From a virus (taxonomy: Duplodnaviria; Heunggongvirae; Uroviricota; Caudoviricetes), in the IMG/VR virus record IMGVR_UViG_3300048599_000194, positions 1-64,000 of that record: a DNA stretch of 64,000 nucleotides; one strand, given 5' to 3'. The translations under genes were made by a program, and so were the position numbers. The notes beneath the pieces are model-generated. The model was not told where the DNA came from. It worked only from the letters and a program-made list of their open reading frames with translations, and did not search any database. Below, in pieces: positions 38,182-47,637 of the stretch (position 1 is its first letter; each line of letters opens with the position of its first letter).

Positions 38182-38580
38182 ATGTTAACAAAATATTTTA
38201 AGGCTGAAGAACTATTACCAAAAGGCGTCACAGATACCACGCTTCTTGATCCTAAGCTCTTGCAGTTAATTGACGAGGTTAGAGAGATTCTTGGAGTCCC
38301 TTGTACCATCAACAATTACGCGCAGGGTGGCACTCGTCAATGGTGTGGACTTCGCACTTCTGCATGTACGGAAGGTGCCCCTAAGAGCCAACATCGCCTA
38401 GGAAAAGCCGCTGACTTGCATCCATCGGGTATGAGTGCAGAAGTGGCTCGTGGTAAAATCAAACAAGCAGTCGCAGATGGTAAATTAAAAAATCTGGGTG
38501 GAGTTGAAAACAATGTCAGTTGGCTCCATGTTGACATTCGCCCAAGAGTGAATGGAAAGGTGTTGTGGTTCAATGCCTAA
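38182..38580 (+). CDS. endolysin, peptidase M15 family
   Basis: YFKAEEL, GLR, SQH..GKAAD, WLHVD; late promoter and GGAGG SD. Confidence 0.9.
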   Translation: MLTKYFKAEELLPKGVTDTTLLDPKLLQLIDEVREILGVPCTINNYAQGGTRQWCGLRTSACTEGAPKSQHRLGKAADLHPSGMSAEVARGKIKQAVADGKLKNLGGVENNVSWLHVDIRPRVNGKVLWFNA

Positions 38581-39127
38581 TAAAACAAAAATAATCAACT
38601 CACTATGGATTGCTCTATTTTTGGCTTTTTCGTTATTTGTATGGATTAATCCTAGGTCATGTTCTAGAAACACTGGAATAATAGATACTTTATCTAGTAA
38701 GGCACATACAGAACAGCAAATAATGCGAGATACCGTATGGAAATACGACACCGTTAAATTAAAGGCTGATGTGATTTACAAGACTAAGCACGATACACTA
38801 TGGACGCTAAAGCCATCTGATGTCGATTCAATGTTCAATGTAGTATACCCTAGAGATTCAATTGACACTACTAACTATTCAACAGGATACACTCAACTGC
38901 GAAAGGCTATTGACACTCATAATAAGAGCATCAGAGACTCGATCAAAGAGCAAGCATCCGTTGAACAAGTGAAGGCTTGTACGACAACTGTAACTAAGAT
39001 AGTGAATCAGATAGATACCGTAAAAACAACTATTCAAGAGCCATCAAAAACTAATTGGAAAAGCATTGGAATTATTGCGATAATTTCACTATTACTCGGA
39101 GGACTCGGCGGATTTGCCGCCCATTGA
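38573..39127 (+). CDS. putative spanin-like lysis accessory membrane protein
   Basis: N-terminal TM followed by Cys, C-terminal TM; overlaps the endolysin stop. Confidence 0.5.
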   Translation: MPNKTKIINSLWIALFLAFSLFVWINPRSCSRNTGIIDTLSSKAHTEQQIMRDTVWKYDTVKLKADVIYKTKHDTLWTLKPSDVDSMFNVVYPRDSIDTTNYSTGYTQLRKAIDTHNKSIRDSIKEQASVEQVKACTTTVTKIVNQIDTVKTTIQEPSKTNWKSIGIIAIISLLLGGLGGFAAH

Positions 39128-39322
39128 TTCTGCATCTAGAATCATGCCTTCATATCTCACCATAAATTTTCTAGAATATCGAGTCTTTAGAATATGTTCC
39201 ATTAAAGGCTGATTGTCAAGGGAGAACTTAGTTCTCCTTTCTGTTCTAGTGGCTAATTTACAAAAATCTAAAAAGTCTACTTCAAAAACTTTTTTACCAT
39301 TAACAGTTTCATCACCTATCAT
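39092..39322 (-). CDS. hypothetical protein
   Basis: 76-aa ORF with a TAAAAT motif 6 nt upstream. Confidence 0.55.
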   Translation of the reverse strand: MIGDETVNGKKVFEVDFLDFCKLATRTERRTKFSLDNQPLMEHILKTRYSRKFMVRYEGMILDAESMGGKSAESSE

Positions 39323-39341
39323 GTATGTATTTTATCTATTT

Positions 39342-40364
39342 TTAGACAAGTACCTTAAAATTTCTGCTAACAAGTGATATTTTCCGGTAATCGTTCATTC
39401 TTCTGTAATTAGATTGCGTTGGTATTAAAAGTGCTCTCTTAAAATCGTGACTAGTTATGTTCATAGTCTCATTCCACACTTTATACGAAGTAGCTTCAAT
39501 TCCAAAATATGCATAATATTGTTTATCAAATGGAGTTAGAATCCTAAAATACTTATATTCAGAAATACTCTTACTATGGACATCTGTATGCCCAATTACA
39601 TAATCGAAACCACCAAACATAAAATCCATGTAATAATCAATATATTCAAATAGATAAGTTATCCTATCTGTTTGAGCTTTAGTTTCTGATTTAATTGTTT
39701 TTCTATTTGCAGTGTGTATTTTTATTTTTGGATGATTCAATAACTCAATGCATAATGCAGACACGCCATTAGATGGATAATGATATTGAAATGGAGACTC
39801 ATTAGATAATTGACCTAGTTGGAGCATGCTATATAACCTACCAGCATCCAATTGACTCTGGTTGGTATTCCATTGATTGCATCCTATTTTCTTAACCAAG
39901 TTCATATAAAAATTATCAGAAAAAATACTCTTCATTAATTTAGTAATGTTTTTATGTTCCTTGTATTCTGAAATAAATTCATCATATGTATAATTCTTCA
40001 ATATATTATCAATATAATCCATTTCCAATTCAAAGCTACTACGGTTTATTGGGAACGAAACGTATTCGTCATATGGACTACTGAATCGCATTTTCTTCAT
40101 TGGAGCTTTTAGATAATTCTCCTCTATCAGAATCGTAGATAAATCAGGTATAAAATCTAAAATCTTAGATAATTGAGCATCGGTCAAAAATAAAGCACAA
40201 TATGATGAATCTTTTATTTGATCAAAATAAAAACCACCATACTCTCCAGTAGTATAGTGGTCAATTCTAGTAATATTCGGCTTAGATGCCAAATATCTAG
40301 CATATAAACATGCTTCTAGAGAGTCCCCGATTACATTAACAACGTCGTCTACTATTCGAACCAT
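39342..40364 (-). CDS. divergent UDP-galactopyranose mutase-like flavoprotein
   Basis: Degenerate N-terminal Rossmann motif, VSFPIN, YPSNG, LLNHPKI, IDYYMDF.FG.FDY resemble Glf. Confidence 0.55.
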   Translation of the reverse strand: MVRIVDDVVNVIGDSLEACLYARYLASKPNITRIDHYTTGEYGGFYFDQIKDSSYCALFLTDAQLSKILDFIPDLSTILIEENYLKAPMKKMRFSSPYDEYVSFPINRSSFELEMDYIDNILKNYTYDEFISEYKEHKNITKLMKSIFSDNFYMNLVKKIGCNQWNTNQSQLDAGRLYSMLQLGQLSNESPFQYHYPSNGVSALCIELLNHPKIKIHTANRKTIKSETKAQTDRITYLFEYIDYYMDFMFGGFDYVIGHTDVHSKSISEYKYFRILTPFDKQYYAYFGIEATSYKVWNETMNITSHDFKRALLIPTQSNYRRMNDYRKISLVSRNFKVLV

Positions 40365-40394
40365 CCAAATATTTATGGCCCATATTTAGTTTTT

Positions 40395-40862
40395 TTACTC
40401 GAAATGTTGAGTCCAGAATAATTCAAGGTAATTAACAGACATTACACCCTGAACAACATCAATAAGTGCGAGACTTGAATTAAAAAATAATGTAACGGGG
40501 ACATCATCGAAGCTAACCTTCAATTTATCCCATATCTTTCTATCATCGAATCCATTTATTGAGTCTACTAATAGAATTCTCAAATTATTACTAAAGTGTT
40601 CATTCTTTTCAGCCCACTCACTCACATTAGACAAATTCTCTACACACGATGAGCATGGATCCTTAGAATGAATACTGGTTATTAAAATCATAACCAGTTC
40701 AGGCGAATTATTTAACGATAGTGAAGGATTTGATTCAATAAGCATATCCCTCACGTCATCTGCAATTGTTTTTCGAAAACCGCGAATCTCTCGATCTTCA
40801 AATTCTGCCATTTCATCAACAATCCCACCTGCCACTTCATTTAGATATTCATCTTGATTCAT
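40395..40862 (-). CDS. thioredoxin-fold protein
   Basis: CSSC, VPVTLFF; TAAATA 6 nt upstream. Confidence 0.65.
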   Translation of the reverse strand: MNQDEYLNEVAGGIVDEMAEFEDREIRGFRKTIADDVRDMLIESNPSLSLNNSPELVMILITSIHSKDPCSSCVENLSNVSEWAEKNEHFSNNLRILLVDSINGFDDRKIWDKLKVSFDDVPVTLFFNSSLALIDVVQGVMSVNYLELFWTQHFE

Positions 40863-40867
40863 GGTTT

Positions 40868-41857
40868 TTATTTAGCGGTAAGCGTTAGGATGATTTCTGC
40901 GAACATTGATGCAATATTAATTTCCTTATCAATTACTGTATTGTGAGGAACCATGTGTTTGCGGATTGCGCATACAACCTTCATCTGCTTGATCGGGTCT
41001 TGAATTTTTCCAACGATATCATTCATTAGTGCAGTGAAAATGTCATTCTCTGGAGGCATAGAACAATATAAAGCTCTGGCCCCAACAAAATCTCCAGCAA
41101 TTAATAATTCTTGAAGTCTAGCATACTTATCAAATGAACTTCTGTTTGAAAAGTCAGTACCTGAAATTTCACCTTTTCTCAAATAGCAACTATATAAACG
41201 AGTCATCATCTTACGAGCATCAGGATAAAACTCTTTAATCAACGCCTGTAGAGTTTTAAGATCGTAATTAACTTTCTCCTGCTCGCAAATATGCTGAAGT
41301 CTTTGATACATATTCTTCTTCAGTTCATATCCTTCATCTTGTGTTTGGATAGAAAAGTCGAATACTTCAATTCTAGATTCAGAATACTCTGAGAAGTTCT
41401 GAAGACTGTTTGCAGTCATAATGAATCGAACTGATTCATTCAGCGATTCGAGTGTAGATAGTAGTGGATTAAGAAATGTCTTTTCATTAGACTTATCAGT
41501 TTCATCCAAAATAACAATCTTAGGTGCCTTAGAATATCCATTGAATGATCCCCATTCAATGATTTCATCCTTGATTGTTTCTTTGTTACCATCTTGAGAC
41601 GAATTGATCTTCTTATACTTAGTGTTATATCGTCTACACATTTCCATTGCTAGAACTTCAGCAGTTGTTGTCTTCATTAGACCTGCGCCCGATGAATGGA
41701 ACATCATATTTGGAAATTGCATTGGATGTTCAAGTGCATTTGCAAATACAGTCTTAAGTCTGTCTGGAAGTATAAGGTCATCTAGAGTTTGCGCCCTGTA
41801 TTTCTCACACCACACTGTATCTTTGAGTTCTGACATTATTATATCCTTGAAGGACAT
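40868..41857 (-). CDS. clamp loader large subunit (gp44/RFC-like)
   Basis: WCEKYR, AGLMKTT, ILDE, FIMTAN, SR, YPD.R. Confidence 0.92.
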   Translation of the reverse strand: MSFKDIIMSELKDTVWCEKYRAQTLDDLILPDRLKTVFANALEHPMQFPNMMFHSSGAGLMKTTTAEVLAMEMCRRYNTKYKKINSSQDGNKETIKDEIIEWGSFNGYSKAPKIVILDETDKSNEKTFLNPLLSTLESLNESVRFIMTANSLQNFSEYSESRIEVFDFSIQTQDEGYELKKNMYQRLQHICEQEKVNYDLKTLQALIKEFYPDARKMMTRLYSCYLRKGEISGTDFSNRSSFDKYARLQELLIAGDFVGARALYCSMPPENDIFTALMNDIVGKIQDPIKQMKVVCAIRKHMVPHNTVIDKEINIASMFAEIILTLTAK

Positions 41858-42645
41858 GAAGCATTAAACTTCACGTTTACGTTTTCGTGTAGAAATTCCC
41901 CAGTAAATGCAAGAATTCCTCGTCCCTCTACCCCAAATGCATATATCCTGGCATCGACATTAGTTGCCCTGAGAATATGAAAAAATGAATATGGGAATTT
42001 TGTTTCTGATGTTATATTTGCCGTGTCAAAATTCAAAACTTCTTCAGGTGCAAGGTCATATGTGTATTCACATATCTTATCGGACTCCGAAGTGAAGTTA
42101 ATCACGACGCCGTTTGAGTTCTTTGAAAACGAAAGAATTTCGGCCTTAAATTTAGAAGCCTTTTCATAAATCGCCTGTATTGTATCTCTAGATAAATCAA
42201 AACATAGCATCTTAGGAAGATCCTCGTCGGCCACCATAGCTGAAATATCTGCATATTGATTAAATCCATATCTAGAAGCGTATCTATCTTTGGCGCTCAG
42301 TCGATGATAAATGTTGGACTTTCCATTTTTTATCAATACTGAGTCAGTTCCACGATAAACCTGTCTAGTTAAAATTGGTTCACCCTTAGGAAAATCCTGA
42401 ATTTTCAAAGCGCCTAAGAATTCTTTGAAATTATGGAACGTGATCTCATTTTCTTCAAAAGAAAATGCAAAATCATCTAGCTCCATGTTCATTATGACAA
42501 TTCCCTTGTCCTCGTCGCATTTTCGAGAGGCAATCTTTCCATTCTCTCTAACAAAATACCAAGTCTGACCCATTGCGGTTGTAGTCAGACTTGCCATTAA
42601 ATTAAAGAAAATGGGCGAAATCGACAATTTAGTCTTATCACCCAT
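41839..42645 (-). CDS. sliding clamp (gp45-like)
   Basis: Size and position directly upstream of gp44; FHNFKEFLGAL pattern. Confidence 0.6.
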   Translation of the reverse strand: MGDKTKLSISPIFFNLMASLTTTAMGQTWYFVRENGKIASRKCDEDKGIVIMNMELDDFAFSFEENEITFHNFKEFLGALKIQDFPKGEPILTRQVYRGTDSVLIKNGKSNIYHRLSAKDRYASRYGFNQYADISAMVADEDLPKMLCFDLSRDTIQAIYEKASKFKAEILSFSKNSNGVVINFTSESDKICEYTYDLAPEEVLNFDTANITSETKFPYSFFHILRATNVDARIYAFGVEGRGILAFTGEFLHENVNVKFNASCPSRI

Positions 42646-42657
42646 ATCATCTACTCC

Positions 42658-43179
42658 TTACTTTGAAGTTGAACCTAATCCGCCAATTCTTTCTCCACCT
42701 ACAGTATCTTCATCGTCGTCTGAAACTAGATACTTAGTGAAAATTCCCTGAGCAAATGATTCACCTGCTGGAATTACGACCTGATAATTGTTCGGGTTTC
42801 TAATCTTAACGAAGATTTCCTTTAAGTAATCAGCGTCAATAATTCCGGTTGAATTTGCCAATCTAACACTATGCTTAAAACCATGTCCACTTCTAACAAA
42901 AACACTAAAAACTTCATCATCTTGCATATATGCAATAATACCAGTTGAAATCTTCTCACTTGTTTGATTCGGCTGGAGGACGATGTCCTCTCCAGTGTTG
43001 TTGAAGAGGTCATATCCTGCGGAGCATCGAGTGGCTCTGCGAGGCATCTTAAAGCCTTCAACTGCGGCCACCGAGCTAGTCTCTGCGGGGTAGAACCCTC
43101 GCACCCTAGGGCGGTCGCTAAGTAGCTTAGGGGTTGCTAGAATGGGGAGGTCAAGGGTCTGTTGAGTTAAGTCGTTCAT
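42658..43179 (-). CDS. dut: dUTPase (trimeric)
   Basis: SAGYDL, RSG, GIIDADY, AQGIF, RIGGLGST. Confidence 0.95.
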   Translation of the reverse strand: MNDLTQQTLDLPILATPKLLSDRPRVRGFYPAETSSVAAVEGFKMPRRATRCSAGYDLFNNTGEDIVLQPNQTSEKISTGIIAYMQDDEVFSVFVRSGHGFKHSVRLANSTGIIDADYLKEIFVKIRNPNNYQVVIPAGESFAQGIFTKYLVSDDDEDTVGGERIGGLGSTSK

Positions 43180-43196
43180 ACTCTGATTGTAGCAAT

Positions 43197-43228
43197 AAAA
43201 AAGGAGCGAGGCTCATGCCTCACCCCTT
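43197..43228 (-). terminator. intrinsic terminator after the NAD operon
   Basis: AAGGGGTGAGGC-ATGA-GCCTCGCTCCTTTTTT on the minus strand. Confidence 0.8.
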
Positions 43229-43251
43229 GGAAGTACTAAGTGGCCCCGTAC

Positions 43252-44676
43252 TTATTCTACAGCAAGTGCCCGAATATCGTCATACTTCGGATGTATGAGA
43301 ATTTCGCCGTTCTCAAAAATAACTTCCATTTCGTCCACTGCATCAGCATAGTCAGCATCGACAGCAGTTACAGTCCTGAAGTTATCTCCATCCTTTACCA
43401 GCTTCATATTTCCCTTCTTCGAAGTCTTGAAGCTGTATACTAGTTCCCCGTCCTTATTAATTTCAACAGGGGTCTTTTCGATGTATCGAATTTCACCGTC
43501 AACATCAACTTCGCAACACTTAATTGCAAAATTGAAATCGTCTCGATTGAAATCCTGCAAGAGCTTCCCACCCGAACCGAATCCAATATTATCAGCCGAC
43601 CATCCTGCGAGCTTAAGAGTCTCAAGAATATGTGCAATGCTCATTCTAGAAACACCATCTCCCTGAATGACTCGAATATAATCAGGTAGTACCTTATATC
43701 CCTTGTCGTTCACTGTATATCCGAAGATACTTCCCAACTTTTCGATAACAGCCAAATCAGTTCTAGCTGGATCTCCGGAATCGGGGCGAATTACCAATCG
43801 GCCCTTACGATTCTCAATCTTGTGCTTGAGAGTCCCCCACTTATCACAAGCCTCAAGAATATGGAACGAATCAGAAACGCATGCAACGATTCCTTCTGGG
43901 TAGGTATCAAGCATATTCTCAAATGCAAGAACCTCGCCTTCTCTACCCCAACTAGTAATTGTGCTATGCTCACTGGCGGGAACAGAATAGCCAATCATAG
44001 TGTCAGTATTGTAGATTTCCTGTGCAAAGAAAATACCAGATACCGTGTCGGTGCCCATGAACGAAAGCATGTGAGCCGAGGCACCAATAGCCGCAGTTTC
44101 CTCAGACGAGACTCCCCGGTATCCAAAATCATGACACTTAAACCAAATGTCTTCGGGGGTTCCGGTTTCATCCAAATACTTGAGAATAATCTTACGAATT
44201 TCAGCCGAATTAGTCGCAACCGTACAAGGATACCATACCTTCATTAGGAGAGTCTCAATGAAGTTGGTAAGCCACCAACAGTTATCGTCAGTGTTCTCAA
44301 TAACCATGAGAACATTATGATTGCGAACCTTGGTACCTTCCTTAATTGCGCGAATTCTAATTGGTAGCTTGCCGCCGTGGTTCTTAACGATGTAATCCCA
44401 ATACGAACGATCAAAAACCTTGTATCCAAAATGGGCGTCCCAGAATTTCTCTGCCTTATCCACGTCGGACTTGGTCACAACAACGCCCTGCAAATAAGCC
44501 TTTAGCTTATAGTAGATACCATACCATAGAACATAATCAGCAATAGTGCTACCACGAGCCACCATGTGTGAGATTACCTTCCGAGTTTTCTTAGGGTACT
44601 GCTTCGCATGACTTGCCTTATACGAGTCAGTTGCGACTGCAATGCTCATTCCTAGCATCTTCCATACATTATACAT
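43252..44676 (-). CDS. nadV: nicotinamide phosphoribosyltransferase
   Basis: TDSYKASH, HDFGYRG, F.GTDT, PASEHS, VSDS, IRPDSG, IQGDG, GSGG.LLQ..NRD; start at ATG 44676 after AAGGAG. Confidence 0.95.
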   Translation of the reverse strand: MYNVWKMLGMSIAVATDSYKASHAKQYPKKTRKVISHMVARGSTIADYVLWYGIYYKLKAYLQGVVVTKSDVDKAEKFWDAHFGYKVFDRSYWDYIVKNHGGKLPIRIRAIKEGTKVRNHNVLMVIENTDDNCWWLTNFIETLLMKVWYPCTVATNSAEIRKIILKYLDETGTPEDIWFKCHDFGYRGVSSEETAAIGASAHMLSFMGTDTVSGIFFAQEIYNTDTMIGYSVPASEHSTITSWGREGEVLAFENMLDTYPEGIVACVSDSFHILEACDKWGTLKHKIENRKGRLVIRPDSGDPARTDLAVIEKLGSIFGYTVNDKGYKVLPDYIRVIQGDGVSRMSIAHILETLKLAGWSADNIGFGSGGKLLQDFNRDDFNFAIKCCEVDVDGEIRYIEKTPVEINKDGELVYSFKTSKKGNMKLVKDGDNFRTVTAVDADYADAVDEMEVIFENGEILIHPKYDDIRALAVE

Positions 44677-45922
44677 TTTCAGATTCTCCTTCGGGTGTGA
44701 TGTCTTCTTTATTTGAATTTGCATCTTCCAATGCTCTTCTAATTTCAGTTGAAGATATTGGACAGTTAAAATCTTCATAAAACTGAAGATTATTAGCCTT
44801 TATTTTATCGTTTATTGCCTGTTGACGACCAAATACCTTGAAAGTCGCGCCTTCGAACATTGCATTGAATATTTTATTTCCGCTCCTAGATACAATGTCA
44901 CTAAAAGAATCATAGTGCCTAGCCATGTTATGGTCGTCAATGAAAATACTTATAGATTCTTCCTCTAAAACTGAAAAATCAGAGTCGCAATAACACTTAA
45001 TGATTCTATTATATGTATCCACGCCCATGATTAAATCTATGGGAAGTCCTGTTCGATTATGAAGATACGAGAAGTTATCGAAAAAGTAACCATTATCGAA
45101 AATAGCTACCAAAAAACCCTTGGCGTTTATCTGAGTGATCCTACGACATAGCGAATCAACATCGACCCCGCCCTTTTCGTATGTGTTTTTAGAAATTGCA
45201 AAGATTAAAAGAGTGTCATCATCTTTCACCCGATATGCGATTTCAATGTGACCTTCATGAATTGGATTAAACGATCCCTTATACAATGCAATTTTCTTAT
45301 ATTTCCTGGAATAATCTTCTAATCTAACGGCCTCTTCTCCATCGAATAATACCATCCCTGCAGACTTGAACAATCTATCGTCGGGAATATAGTCTAAGTA
45401 ATCGCAACGATTTGAAAGAATCACATTCTGTACTTCTTCGCCGAAATTCTCAATCGCACCTATTCTATCTAGGAAATTACCATATCTATTTGCAAACGTA
45501 AGATGGAAACTGAAAGAATCCCAGTGAATTTCACTCCCAATTTGATATTTCGACATCATTTTAACGCATACCCATCCATGTGGGACCCTATTATCGTCGG
45601 GATTTGATTTAATTTGCGAAGAAGTGACTATCACTGCGTTAAATTTCTGATTAAATATCGGAGTTTCACCGAGCTTCGAAATTACAGCATCTGCAATTGC
45701 TTCAACTGCCTCCTTCGACACCATTCGATGTTCACCGATATAATCACCGTAAATATCCTTTGCACTGCCATATGGACTTTCGGTGTGATATACTACTTCG
45801 GATGCACCAGGACATGCGTATAGTCCTTGGGCAATTGGACATCCTGCTCCAATTTCGACAATATATGCCTTGCGATTGTGCAGTTTTAGGTAATCTTTAA
45901 GTGCCTGTAGCTTTTTCATCAA
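44669..45922 (-). CDS. NMN adenylyltransferase fused to an N-terminal CinA/PncC-like domain
   Basis: GSFNPIHEGH (HxGH), MGVDT, ISSTEIR; N-terminal PGAS...Y...VSKEAVEAIA. Confidence 0.85.
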   Translation of the reverse strand: MMKKLQALKDYLKLHNRKAYIVEIGAGCPIAQGLYACPGASEVVYHTESPYGSAKDIYGDYIGEHRMVSKEAVEAIADAVISKLGETPIFNQKFNAVIVTSSQIKSNPDDNRVPHGWVCVKMMSKYQIGSEIHWDSFSFHLTFANRYGNFLDRIGAIENFGEEVQNVILSNRCDYLDYIPDDRLFKSAGMVLFDGEEAVRLEDYSRKYKKIALYKGSFNPIHEGHIEIAYRVKDDDTLLIFAISKNTYEKGGVDVDSLCRRITQINAKGFLVAIFDNGYFFDNFSYLHNRTGLPIDLIMGVDTYNRIIKCYCDSDFSVLEEESISIFIDDHNMARHYDSFSDIVSRSGNKIFNAMFEGATFKVFGRQQAINDKIKANNLQFYEDFNCPISSTEIRRALEDANSNKEDITPEGESENV

Positions 45923-46473
45923 GCCCCCATGTATCTTTTAAGTGCGTTTAGTAGAATAATATGAGAGCCTTGAAGAATCTGAGTGGCGTCGGGAGATTCA
46001 ATCTTCTTAAACCTATCGTCAAGAGAAAACCATGCGGTAGTTTCAATTTCAGGGTCGATTGGAGCCGATTCTCCAATCTTAACATCCTCAACCCGAGTCT
46101 TCAGTATAAAGAAATGGGTTCTAATTGCATGGGGGGTGTTCTCATAGCGTCCATCTGGAATTTTGAAATCTCCAATGTATCGAAGATCGTTAATATTTGC
46201 AACAATTCCAGTTTCCTCTCGCAGTTCGCGAATTGCGTCCTCTGCGTCACAGTCTGAGGTTGGATCGGTAAATCCGCCAATAATACACCACTTACCACTA
46301 GCTCGCTTCTTACCTAGAAGGATCTTATTTGCATAAGGATCCACAATTGCAATATCTACCGTAGAAAATGCAGTAGGCCAGGGAAGATATGGGCGATTCA
46401 CATCGCATAAGATCAATCCATATGTTCCGAAAAAATTGTTTAGTTTGACCTTTAGCCAGTTAGGAAAGTTCAT
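45919..46473 (-). CDS. Nudix hydrolase (ADP-ribose pyrophosphatase-like)
   Basis: TVD, WCIIGGF...AIRELREETG. Confidence 0.88.
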   Translation of the reverse strand: MNFPNWLKVKLNNFFGTYGLILCDVNRPYLPWPTAFSTVDIAIVDPYANKILLGKKRASGKWCIIGGFTDPTSDCDAEDAIRELREETGIVANINDLRYIGDFKIPDGRYENTPHAIRTHFFILKTRVEDVKIGESAPIDPEIETTAWFSLDDRFKKIESPDATQILQGSHIILLNALKRYMGA

Positions 46474-46494
46474 GTAACACCTTTCTTTTTTTGA

Positions 46495-46523
46495 AAGATA
46501 CTACATAGTTATTCATGCGTCAA
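46495..46523 (-). promoter_or_regulatory. early sigma70-type promoter of the NAD operon
   Basis: TTGACG-N17-TATCTT. Confidence 0.8.
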
Positions 46524-47308
46524 CCAAAAACTTCGGCAATCGGGCTTTTCGACACATCTAATATTTCATATATTGTTTCATTGATATTTGCATCATATGA
46601 TTCAATTCTCGGATGTATCCCACCTTCAATTCTAATAGTATTTGGGTCTACGTCGTCTGGCTTATTAAGAATACACGGGAATATTGTGATTTCAGAAAAA
46701 TCAAATATAACTTTACTGGGGTCAAATGTCAAAATACTATCAGCTATTGCACACGAATCAACAAATACATTTGACTTAGTGGTTGGAATTAGCATCAATT
46801 CAGGGAGATTTAATGGATCTCCTATAATCCCATTAGCCTGCATAATTGTTGCTATTAATGGCGAAACTATTAAAATGTTTTCCGATGTTGTCTTCTTAAG
46901 GAGATCTAATAATAAATCTTTATCAGTGAATAATCCATCTCTTTTATATTGAACCTTCTTTTTAAGAGCGAGTGATCTTATTTTACTAATTAATACCCTA
47001 GTAAATTCATACATGAATTCATATGATATTGCTTCATCAGAACTACCCTCTCCATGAAATCGATTAATCTCAAGGTAAGTTGATTTTGGAATCGACGCTG
47101 TAATATTTCTAATAGCTTCAGTAAAATTTGGGGTTATTTCTCCATAAAAGGAATGACGACATATCACGTCAAAAATTCTTTCGAGAATCTCATCTGAAAT
47201 GGAAAGCTCTTTCGCTTTTCTGAGACTTAGTCCTTTATATTTTTTTGCAATATTAGGATTGTAATCCTTGCTTCTCAATTCTAGTGATACTTTTGCTCCG
47301 TGAATCAT
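46520..47308 (-). CDS. hypothetical protein
   Basis: 262-aa ORF, ATGA overlap. Confidence 0.65.
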   Translation of the reverse strand: MIHGAKVSLELRSKDYNPNIAKKYKGLSLRKAKELSISDEILERIFDVICRHSFYGEITPNFTEAIRNITASIPKSTYLEINRFHGEGSSDEAISYEFMYEFTRVLISKIRSLALKKKVQYKRDGLFTDKDLLLDLLKKTTSENILIVSPLIATIMQANGIIGDPLNLPELMLIPTTKSNVFVDSCAIADSILTFDPSKVIFDFSEITIFPCILNKPDDVDPNTIRIEGGIHPRIESYDANINETIYEILDVSKSPIAEVFG

Positions 47309-47637
47309 TTACGCTCCCTGTATTCTAATGCCTGAATATCATCTACACTTTGATAATCTTCATTCACTTTTGATCCATCTACGGTCAATACAAATGAATC
47401 CCAATCATGTGGCTTTTCCCCAGTATGGTATAATTCAAAAGGAGCTTTTCTATCTCCACAAGCCAAATATACCTTACCGCTCTCACCATCCGTCACTATG
47501 CCATTCAAATCAAGTGATTGTAATTCATATTGTCCGTCATATTCAATGGTGTAAAGCCCCACTCGCATTTCAGTGTCAAGTGGGACTCCATTTTCCATCA
47601 AATACTGTAGAACATTATACAATTTTGCGATGATCAT
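47305..47637 (-). CDS. hypothetical protein
   Basis: 110-aa ORF, coupled to neighbours. Confidence 0.65.
   Translation of the reverse strand: MIIAKLYNVLQYLMENGVPLDTEMRVGLYTIEYDGQYELQSLDLNGIVTDGESGKVYLACGDRKAPFELYHTGEKPHDWDSFVLTVDGSKVNEDYQSVDDIQALEYRERK

Noticed and set aside
44677-44778. Long N-terminal extension of NAMPT, and the 47931-48002 extension of the ORF after thyX
   Set aside because: They overlap upstream genes; better starts exist at 44676 (AAGGAG SD) and 47930 (coupled to the thyX stop)
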